The notes beneath the pieces were generated by a model. That model was not told the DNA's origin and ran no database searches. It saw only the letters and a program-made list of their open reading frames with translations. A program made the position numbers and the translations under genes. Shown here piece after piece: positions 54,146 to 64,000 of a stretch of 64,000 nucleotides of DNA. Each line of letters opens with the position of its first letter. Positions within the stretch are counted from its first letter, which is position 1. Origin of the DNA: Fimicolochytrium jonesii (lineage: Eukaryota); assembly GCF_025526975.1 (NCBI RefSeq), contig NW_026515680.1, positions 372,001-436,000 on the forward strand, given 5' to 3'.

Positions 54146-56259
54146 ATGCTGTCCCTCCTCCGCACATCGGCCGCGGCAGTCCCTCTGCGGTCCCGCCCCA
54201 CATACGCTCTCTTCGCCCGCGCCTTCGCAACAAAGGGCGACGGCGACGAATTCACAAAGCACGCCTCTATACTCAAGTCGCTGGGCCTCGGCGCTGAGAA
54301 CGACGGCGTGTTTACGGGAAAATGGGGTGGAAGTGGACCGGTAAGGAAGACTTAATGGTTGAAGTTCGAGAAGAGCCCAAGAATGACCCGCCGTTGTTTA
54401 CGTGACCAGGTCGTTGAGTCTATCAACCCCGCCACCAACAAAATCATCGCCAGCGTCCGGACAGGTACCGCCAAGGACCTGCGAGCCGCTCTGGAGAAGA
54501 TTGAGAAAGTTAAGCCTGCATGGCGCGAGGTATGTTGTCCTGTCGCTGGAGTTTACGGGCGTGTGCCAGTAGGGGACTTCTAACAATCGATGTGACGTGG
54601 TGTACAGACCCCTATGCCCAAGCGTGGAGAGATTGTCCGTCAAATGAGGGAGGAGCTTGAACAACACAAGCAGGCTTTGGGGTACCTTGTGTCGCTCGAG
54701 ATGGGGAAGATTCTGCCTGAGGGTGTCGGAGAGGTGCAAGGTGGGTGTGAAGCTTCACCTGGAGAATTCTGAGCCCAGCAATCCATGCTAACGGCATTCC
54801 CTCGTCTCCAGAGTACATCGACATCTGCGACTATGCTCTTGGACTCAGCCGGCAAATTGGCGGCAGTGTGATTCCATCAGAACGTGAGTGGGTTGTTGAC
54901 GAACGTATGCCTAGGGTGAATCGTTTTCTCACACTACATGAACATAGGCCCAGGACACTTCATGAAGGAGGTGTGGAACCCATTGGGTACCGTCGGTGTG
55001 ATCTCTGCGTTCAACTTTCCCGTAAGTAGCGCACCTTGACGACACTGAGTTCTGCTGGCCATTGCTTACATTCCTTCCTTAGGTCGCTGTGTACGGATGG
55101 AACAGCGCAATCAGTCTGGTGTGCGGTAACGCGGTCGTTTGGAAGGGTGCACCAACCACGAACCTTTGCTCGGTGGCAGTGACCAAGATCCTCGAACGCG
55201 TCCTGGAGCGCAACAACCTCCCTGGGGAGCTTTGCTCCCTGGTGTCCGGTGGCGCCGACGTCGGCGAGGCCATGGCCAAAGATCGCCGCGTGAACATGCT
55301 GTCCTTCACCGGCTCGACCGCCGTCGGCCGACAGGTCGGCTTGACCGTGCAGGAGCGGTTCGGAAAGAGCCTTTTGGAACTCGGGGGCAACAACGCCATT
55401 GTCGTCATGGACGACGCCGACATTGAGCTCGCCGTCCGCTCTGTCCTGTTTGCAGCAGTCGGCACCGCCGGCCAGCGATGCACCACCACCCGCCGTCTGT
55501 TCCTCCACGAGAAGATTCACGACCAGTTCATCGAGCGTCTCACAAAGGCTTACGACCAGGTCCCGATTGGCGACCCGCTTGAGTCTACCACTCTCTGCGG
55601 ACCGCTGCACACCAAGCACGCTGTGCAGCTGTTCAAGGACGGTATTGAGGCTGTGAAGGACCAGGGTGGAAAGATTCTGAGGGGCGGAAAGGTCTTGAAG
55701 AGGGAAGGCAACTTCGTGGAGCCTACGATCACGAGCATCGACGGGTCTGCCTCGGTGGTCCAAAACGAGATCTTTGTCCCCGTAAGTTTTGGGAACGCCT
55801 CCCCATTCCGACGTGTCTGGACGCTGATTCTAATCCTCCAACCTTCAGATCCTCCACACAATCAAAGTCACCTCCCTCGACGACGCGATCGCCCAAAACA
55901 ACTCGGTCAACCAAGGCCTCTCCTCCTCCATCTTCACCCAATCCCTCTCCAACGTCTTCAGGTGGACGGGCCCCTCAGGCTCCGACTGTGGGATCGTCAA
56001 CGTCAACATCCCTACCAACGGCGCCGAGATTGGAGGCGCGTTTGGGGGTGAGAAGGAGACGGGGGGTGGCAGGGAGTCGGGGAGTGATGCGTGGAAGCAG
56101 TATATGAGGAGGCAGACTTGGTAGGTTTATCTTTGTTTCTTGGTTTTTGCATCATGTACTTACGTCGTCTCTTCCACTTATGCTTTTCGGTTCTCGACCT
56201 ACAGCACCATCAACTACAGCGGTGCCTTGCCTTTGGCCCAGGGCATAAAGTTTGCTTAA
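54146..56259 (+). CDS. ALDH7A1: Aldehyde dehydrogenase family 7 (antiquitin; alpha-aminoadipic semialdehyde dehydrogenase) with mitochondrial presequence
   Basis: [99 protein letters not shown]. Confidence 0.95.
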
Positions 56260-56718
56260 ACATTCGATGCGTCTGAATCACCATTTTTGTAGTTGTGCGT
56301 TTGAGCTGGAGTAGGACATGCGTAACATTTTGACTGCAGAGTAAACAGACATTCACCCATTCCTTACCCAGCTGAGATGGACTAGGCTAGCAGGATAGAT
56401 AACAGCCAATGCCAGTAAGCTGTGTCGTATATTTGTGGATGAACAGCCAGAATTGACCTGTCTATAAGATGCAGGGTGCAAAAATTTCAATGTATTTATG
56501 AGGCGTGGCAAAACTTTTGTTTATACATTCCTAAGTACATTCCAAAGTAAACTACAAGAGGAAAAAATTGGCAAGCCGTAGCTTTTCCCAACAGCCGACG
56601 GGCAAAAATGGATAGAAGATCTGAAGACAAAACTCAAATGAACTCCGGAGGGAGTTGCCAAAAGGAGGTGATTTGTAATTCCTTTCTGACGATGCTCGCC
56701 TCCGGTTTTGATGCACAC

Positions 56719-58575
56719 TTATTGCGCGACAACAGGCATCTCCCTCTTCTCAACATGCGGGGCGTCAGCCGCCGGCGCGGCGCCGGTAGTAGCATACGCG
56801 GGCTGCTGAGCGGCAGCGCTAGGTTCGTAAGGCGCCTGGAGATGCTCGCGGCTCTTCCTAGCCGGGGATGGGGAAGGGATAGCCGGGGTTGGTGCAGCGC
56901 CTGCTGAGGTCGTGTGGGTAGCAGGCAGCTCGTCGTTGGCGGTAGGGTAAAGTGGGGACGAGGGTTCGTTGGTCTTGACGGTAGATGAGCGGGGCAATCT
57001 CTGCTGTTCCTCTTCAGCGATGGAGGAGGCGGTCGAGGTTGTTGCGATGGAGTGGCGACGAGCGGCGGTGTTGTTGCGGCCCAGAGTGGACGTAGCGGCC
57101 GGTTGTTCGGCGGCTGCCGCTCCTGCCGCGATAGGTACTCCGACGAAAGACCCTCCGTGCGAGTTTGGCTCTGAGGGACGTCTGTTGGCGTGCGGGGCGA
57201 TGGCGGTGAACCACGCGGTCGAGTCGGACACGCTGTTGGTCGAGTACTTGTAGGTGTGGTGTTTGCGGCCAAGGACCAAGGAGTGCGGGTTGACGTGGGC
57301 GAGGTGGAACTCTGCAGCGCTGATTTTGCCGCCCATGCCCATTTCGGTCATGGTGCACTGCCTCAACCAAAGGCTCATCTTGGGCGGCGGGCGAACGTGG
57401 AGGTGGGAGTGGTGAGAGGAGGCGGCGGTTGTGTCGATGTTGGGCCTGTCTTCGAACTCATGCAACCAGCCGGCAGCTGTGAGGCAGTACCACTTCTCAT
57501 GCCACTTTTTGAGAATCTTGGATTTCCGCTGCATGGGACCTTCCTTCACTAGCTGCACGAGCGGGTCGTCGGCGCCGGGGTAGTCGTGCATGAACGCCTC
57601 GCGCTCTGTCGCAGATTGTTCGCCGGTTGGGGGGATGGTGCGCGCCAGCTGCGTTGAGCGGTACATTTCCCATTCTTTCTCGGCTTCGATGGCTTGAATC
57701 GCGCGATGCAGGTTGGCGGTGGGGCTCAGAGCAACGTTTTGTGTGTGGCCAGCCGACCCAGCCAAGATGACGGTCGGGTCAAGAGAAGTGTAGGCGAGGA
57801 GAGCCGATTTGAGGTTGTTGATCAGGTTCTTCTCCCAAACACCAAAGCTCTGCTCGATGCCTTCCAGAGTGGAGGTGTGACTGCGGTATTTGAGGTTCGC
57901 GTCGGCAAGATGGCGCTGAATAGCAATGTTGATCAACCACGGGTCTCCGGCAGCCCAAGGCTGGATGTCAACGGTGCCTCGTGCTGCGCTGAGGGCCTTC
58001 TTCAAGTCCTTGATCAGATGCCTCAATTCCCTCTCGTCCTTGTCCTTTTCCTTCCTCCGATCCTTCTCCTCCTGCATCATTGCTCCCATCCTCTGATGCA
58101 CATCCTTCTCAATCGTCTTCAACGCAGGGAGAGTCTGCGACGCAAGGACTTTGTACAATGCGTCGTGATCAGAAGCCAGTTTGCTGTTGGAGTCCCGGAT
58201 CTCTTTCGTAAGGTTGTGGACACCAGAGGTTGATTTGGTGGAAGATCCGGTCTGCTCCGGGTTGAAAGCCGATTCAATGTCGCGCAAAGGGTGAGACGTC
58301 CAATCCTTGACGGACTTTGTGTGAGTCTGGACCATGTACTTCTCCAAGGTCGACTGGTCTTCGAACTGGGTGATCAGCGAGCGGACCAGCGTCAGCCAAC
58401 CTGCGTAGCGGACGAGGAGGATATCGCTCGGAGACGGAGGCAACGCCCCCGAATCGCTGCCCGTAGGTGAACCGGGCGTCTCAGAGACATTATTGCCGCC
58501 GTGGCGGTTGATAAATTGGGTTGGGGTACGGCCGAGGGTTTCTGACCCGAGGTCGCGTTCGGCTGCCGTGGTCAT
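56719..58575 (-). CDS. BAR-PH protein (Slm1/Slm2-like), intronless
   Basis: Helical N-terminal region with DPWL.N, then PH domain VKEGPMQRKSKILKKWHEKWYCLTAAGWLHEF...PKMSLWL...WFTAI, then a low-complexity tail. Confidence 0.8.
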   Translation of the reverse strand: MTTAAERDLGSETLGRTPTQFINRHGGNNVSETPGSPTGSDSGALPPSPSDILLVRYAGWLTLVRSLITQFEDQSTLEKYMVQTHTKSVKDWTSHPLRDIESAFNPEQTGSSTKSTSGVHNLTKEIRDSNSKLASDHDALYKVLASQTLPALKTIEKDVHQRMGAMMQEEKDRRKEKDKDERELRHLIKDLKKALSAARGTVDIQPWAAGDPWLINIAIQRHLADANLKYRSHTSTLEGIEQSFGVWEKNLINNLKSALLAYTSLDPTVILAGSAGHTQNVALSPTANLHRAIQAIEAEKEWEMYRSTQLARTIPPTGEQSATEREAFMHDYPGADDPLVQLVKEGPMQRKSKILKKWHEKWYCLTAAGWLHEFEDRPNIDTTAASSHHSHLHVRPPPKMSLWLRQCTMTEMGMGGKISAAEFHLAHVNPHSLVLGRKHHTYKYSTNSVSDSTAWFTAIAPHANRRPSEPNSHGGSFVGVPIAAGAAAAEQPAATSTLGRNNTAARRHSIATTSTASSIAEEEQQRLPRSSTVKTNEPSSPLYPTANDELPATHTTSAGAAPTPAIPSPSPARKSREHLQAPYEPSAAAQQPAYATTGAAPAADAPHVEKREMPVVAQ

Positions 58576-59466
58576 TCTCTTCTATGGGTGACTGTGAGTT
58601 TGGGTTGTGGTCAGTGCTGCTAAACTGGCTAGTGCTTTCTCGGGTTCCCTTATCCTAATACGAATACGAATTGCTTCAAAGTTTCTGAGGTTTCTGGGGA
58701 AACGGGAGGGAAGGAGGTCCTTATGTGTGTTTTTGGTTTGGGGTGGTGAATAGGAGGAGCCGCACGCGTCAATCGACCCGTTTGGGACATGATGCGCTGC
58801 CCCCCCAAATGTGGCTTGCCCCTTCTAATCATGGTCATCCCTCTTTTCCGCATGGCCTCGCTCATCAGCCTCCCTACACTACGATACTCGTACATATCAT
58901 ACAGTAGTACAGTCCATACCGCCGATTCCCTGGGACTCGATCGCTGTGGATGTCGTTTCGGCATCCTCCAATGTGCGCTTCGGCTTGTTTGGAAAAGTTG
59001 GAAACCGTCAGTGACGTATTTCCAGCACCTGAGTGATGATGTCATGAAGCGGAATATAATTGTGCCACGCGTGACTCAACTCCAAGATTAAAAAAAGCGT
59101 CCTTTCTCTTTCTTTGTGTGGTCATTTGCATGTGTGACACAGCTTGGGCCTGGTCCTTTTGGGTTTCGGTACCCTCCTGTTTCATTCAAGTGATGGAGGA
59201 CCGGATCCTCGGTCAAGGACGATTTAGGCCGTCGGTTGAGCCATCAAGTCGATTCATCACGAAAGCGTTGGACACGGCGAGGGAAAACCAAGAGGGACGA
59301 GAGCAAGCGTCCTCGCCCGAACGACTTCCCAGTATCTATCACCATTTCCCACGCTCTGTTCTGTCCCGTAAGTGCCGGTTGACCACCAAGGTTTGGTCTG
59401 AGGCGGGGTACTAGTTACGACCCACTCTCCCTCGGAATACGACCTCGCGAGTCGCAAGGGAAAGGC

Positions 59467-62400
59467 ATGTCCGCCACCTCGCCGGCGGCTATCTCAGCAT
59501 CGCGACCACTCCCAGTCATAGTCGACAGCAACAGCCTCATAACGAGCGTGACTGTGCGACAGGTTATAGAGCCAAGTGGGGGGACCGACGAACAGGTTAT
59601 TCTCGTCAACATCCCAGTGGTCCTGCCGTCCGAGGCGAAAAGCACGCTCGCGGCCCTAAAGCGCATCCGTGAACAGGCAAAAGGCAGTCCACCGTCTGTT
59701 TACGTGGTTCCCAGCTTCTGGCTGACCCTGGACGACGCCCTACTGCAACTCCAAGAAAATCTTCTATCCATCATCGTCCACGTTCCTCACCTCCTTATAC
59801 TTCCTTCATACCCCGCCGCCTCACATACGCTTGCTGCCCGACTCAGACAAGCCTCGTTGACGTGCTCTGCTCTATTGGAAGGCATTCTCGCTAACCAGAA
59901 TGAAACGACAGTAGAACCTTCGTCATCCCAAACATTACTTCAAGCAGTCGAGCGAGCGTCTTCAACGATTGTGTCGCAAATCGAGCGTTTGATCGAATCG
60001 ACCGCCGGCGGTACCAGCTGGCAGGACGCAAAGCAAGGGTATGCCAATGTACTGGCCAGTGCGGGACACTTGGTCGATGCGTTGGAGAGCTTTCTGAACT
60101 TCAAAAATGGCACGATTCCACAGCCACCGGAGAAGGGTGAGTTCCGGGCCTTTCGCATGTGCCTTGTCGGACATTTGTACTTACTCTGCCAAAAAAACCT
60201 GAAGATCCTTCTGCTCGCTTGAGCAACTCGTCATACCTATCACCGCCTGATTCGCCCCGCAATTCTGTCTCGCAGGAGGATCAATTCGACGAAGATGCTG
60301 ATCTCACGAAAAATAAAGATGCTTCCGATGCCCCCGCAAAGTCAAAATCCTTTGGGGCCAAATTTATACGTCGCATCTCTCACTTAACCAAGGGATCGCA
60401 TTCGTCCCAAGGCGATGATGCCGAGGAGGGCCGTTCCAGTCCTTCCTTCCACACGTCTTACGTATACCCGAGTACAGACGATGTCATGTTGGGCCCTGCA
60501 GCGGATGTCCCACAGCCTTTCCGCACCTCCACTCTAATCGACACATTACAACGACGGCACAGAAGTGTGGAGACCCCGCGGCGCCAAACTAACGCTGCAT
60601 ATGGGCCCGGCTTCGAAGGGTCTGTCCTTTCCAGCGTGGACGTCCCACGATCGCGCTCGTTCGATCATGGTCTGGGATCCGTTCTCACACCTTTGGTGGA
60701 ACGGTCTACTACGGGTACTCGCGAGAGGTCAATGTCGAGGTCCGATCCCCCAAAGTTGCCGGAAATATCGCTTGGCTGGTTGGATACAACCGATCTTCTT
60801 GGAGATACGTTCGCTGTATTGAAGGTGAGAATAACGATAGGCATTCCGGCATACATGCCTTTGATGCTCAACAACTTGCAATTCTGAATGCGTCAATAGA
60901 CGAACGAAAACCTGGAAATAGATCCACCGCCACTGCCACCAAAGGATTCGCAGGCAGGGCAACCGCCGGAGCCTGGATTTTCAGTTCCATCGATCAAGCC
61001 TTCCAACTCGAAAGTGCCATCCTCGCAACCCGTGCGGTCCCGCCATACCCGTCATGGATCCGGGTCGTCCATGTCCTCTGCCCGGCGATTAAGGTCAGAC
61101 ACGTGGGTAACGAGGTTACCGTCGGATCCGGAACAACCGTACAAGAGGAAGGAGGGGGATCGGTGGTCCAGAATGATGGAAAATCTTGCCTTGACGGATC
61201 TGAAAGACTGGGAGGGCGCCGTTGCCGAGGAGAGTGACCCGTTAGGTGGAGAAGCCAATGCGACGGAGCAACTCTTGTCCCGCTCGGAGAGTCAGACCGA
61301 GACTCGGGCGGACGGACTCCTCGACAATGCATTCCAGACGATGAAGACCCTGCGATATAGGGCTGTTCAACGCATTCCCACGTTTGACAGCACGGGCACG
61401 CAGATTGGGGTACTCGACCAAGGACGCTTCTCGTCTGCGCCGGTGACCGATGAGGAGGTCGACAAGGGCACACAGGAGTTCATTCTTGTGCGTGGGAATC
61501 GGCTGCTGTTGTGCGAGGAAGGTAGCGATGTCCTGGTAATGGACATGGTCAACGGAAAGCTCGAGATCGCAGCAGGCACACTGGAAAAGCTCGTTGCGCG
61601 ATTAGCCGAGGAGAACTCGCAAGACTTGGAGTTCGTCGACATGTTCCTCGAGAATCACCCGTTTTACATACCATCTCGGGACTTGCTGGTCAATCTGATC
61701 GCCCGCTTCTACTTCGAGGCGCCTCCAGGCGCGACTGAGCTCGAGATCGACTACTGCGCGACATGGAGACGACCTATCAGGGTTAAAGTGCTTTCTGTGC
61801 TGTCGAGATGGGTACGACTGCGGTTTGAGGATTTCGAAGAAGATGTGTCGCTTCGAGAAACTTTGGAAGATTTCCTCAGCGCAGTCGAGAGCGAGGAGGG
61901 GTTCATTGGCGAGGTTCGCAGGATTCGCAGGGTGGCTACGGCCCAGGCCATGTCGTTGTCAACGAGACTGAATCAAGCGCCCCGCGGAATCATCATGTTG
62001 GCAAACAATCAACTCCCATCCCTTTCGGCGAGCCCGTTCCCCACGTCGCTGCAGCAGATGCTACCAGAAACATCGCCGCTTTTGAATTTCGAGGCGGCAC
62101 AGCTTGCCAAGTACCTCACCATGGCGGATGTCCGTGCATTCCGAAGCATCACGATCGCAGATTATGTTGCCAAATTGCATTTGGGAAGGGACGTAGCGGA
62201 TGGAAAGGGAGAGGACAGAGGGCGAAGGATCGACTGGTTCGCCAAACGGTCTGATATGATCAGGAATTGGATTTGCTTAGAGCTCTGCACATTGGCACCG
62301 AAGAAGCTGCGACGCAAGTTGCTGGAGAAGCTCATCACCGTTGCCCTGTACTGCCGATCCCATCGGAACTTCCACACCCCCTTGTTCATTCTCCTCGCGT

Positions 62401-63488
62401 TGCAATCACCTGCCGTGCAAAGATTGAAACACACTTGGGACGCTATACCGAAAGACCTCATGGATAAATTGAAGACTCTGGAAAAGTTGCTGGACGTTAG
62501 CGGAAACATGCGGGAGCTGCGTAAAGCTATTGACGAAAACGGGGTTGTTGGAGATGGACCGGACGGAACGGGCGTCGTTCCGTTCTTCCCTGTTGTCATG
62601 AAGGACGTCACTTTCATTGTCGAGGGAAATCCACAATATGTCGAACGTATCCTCGTCGGTTCCGCGGATATGGACCCCTCGAACCAGATTGCGCCCATGA
62701 AAGCCGCACCGGAGCACAACGGCATCGAAACACCCGCAGGAAATCCGTCGCGCGGTGACGATGAGGATATACCAGACCAAGCCCCGCTGATCAACTTTGA
62801 CAAGTACCGCACTCTTTGTCAAGTTCTCGCCAAGTACATGAAGTACGTCGAGTCGTATACGTGGGAAGCGCCCCTGGTCGCACCATCAATCACAGCGATG
62901 GTATACGGGTCTCCGCCCCTGACGCCTTCGGTTCCGCCGCCGGTGTCCGCACTATCCGACGCCGTCTACATGTCATCGGCACCGTCCACCATTCAACTGC
63001 CCGCTGGCGCTATATCGTCCAACCCAACGTCGGTAAACGCGCCTGCCGTCATCTCACCGCCAAGTTACTCCTCCGCAACCCTTTCTTCGCTCGTCCCCAT
63101 CCAACCTCATCAGCACCAACAACTCTCACCAACCCTCATCTCCCCAACAGCAATGTCCCCACTCTCCGCAACCGCCACCTCCCCGCAATCCTCGCTAACA
63201 GCCCTCGTCAACTCCGGCTCCCACCCACCTCCGTTACCTCACCCCCTCGCACCCTCCGTTCTCGACGCCCCATTCCCGGCCCTGCCTGTATTGCCTGTAC
63301 AGGCGTCCATGCACAGTCAGCCGGCTGCAGCTACACCGGCCGTTGACCCCGATATGGACCGAATCGCCCAGATCATTGAGCCACGTTTGCTGGCGGCGGC
63401 GGATGATGTGCATCGGTATGGGGAGGGGTGGTGGATGAAGAAGGCTTCGGAGTTTGCGTTGAGGTGTTCGGGGGAGGACCATGATTGA
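59467..63488 (+). CDS. Ras guanine-nucleotide exchange factor (REM + CDC25 domains), ~3 exons
   Basis: AGTLEKLVARL, IRVKVLSVLSRWV, AAQLAKYLT, RNFHT..ILLALQSPAVQRLKHTW, VPFFPVVMKDVTFI.EGNP, LINFDKYR. Confidence 0.9.
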
Positions 63489-64000
63489 GTGAACAGCTGT
63501 CAACGAGGTCTAAATTTTTCGTCATGCGTACCATTTGATAGAACCCATCTATATCTAGGCTAGAACCCGCAGGTCAGATAACTGCGTAGACATCTCCGCG
63601 CAACGTCTTTCTTTTTGCACTGTACATAGAAGTTTTGTTTGCGAATGTATATAAACACCAGGACTTTGCGTGAATGCCAGTCGCCGATTTCGCAATCTGC
63701 GTGTACAACCGGCACAATAACTTCATCGGCAGGGGCGCGATTTATGCAATATGAATCCAAGGGTCATAACTGCCTGCAGATTATGATTCCTATTGCTATT
63801 CTAGTGGATAAGCTTTAATGAATGCAATATGATGCGGTAAAGATAACTGAGGTAAGGAAAAGGAAAGTAGTCTAAAATGTGGAAGAGCACTACGCCTGTC
63901 GTAGGTAACGAACGTTGTCCAAAATCTTCAGATGTTAAGTGTGGTCCGAGCTTCCCTACTTGTTCTTCTTCCCATTTGCCTTCTGCCCACCGGTCGTCGT

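Noticed and set aside
55011..55763. 250-aa minus-strand ORF
   Set aside because: Antisense to the codon-biased ALDH7 exon.

Overview
Gene-dense eukaryotic DNA with many short GT-AG introns. The mix of fungal-type genes (DUF4360 protein, Slm1-like BAR-PH protein, ABCC transporter) and flagellar genes (CFAP44, CCP1/AGTPBP1-type tubulin deglutamylase, multi-EF-hand protein) suggests a zoosporic fungus (chytrid-like); this is inferred from gene content only. About 18 apparently intact genes are recognisable, several in compact head-to-head pairs. The most anomalous stretch is a ~4 kb apparently intronless island (~34.2-38.3 kb) between a GPCR gene and CFAP44. It holds a truncated TFIIB/VLTF3-like zinc ribbon ORF, two orphan ORFs, a broken F-box-like gene with 30-aa ankyrin repeats and a probably frameshifted F-box gene, and it is a candidate relic of giant-virus (NCLDV)-type DNA. 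Other points of note are an intronless Zn-knuckle/F-box/XPA-like gene, a spliced animal-like APC15 gene not visible in the ORF track, a ~1270-aa MGCGGSK-initiated repeat protein, and a recurrent TACAGTA/TACTGTA upstream motif. All family calls come from motif recognition by eye, no searches were run, and exon boundaries were read manually.
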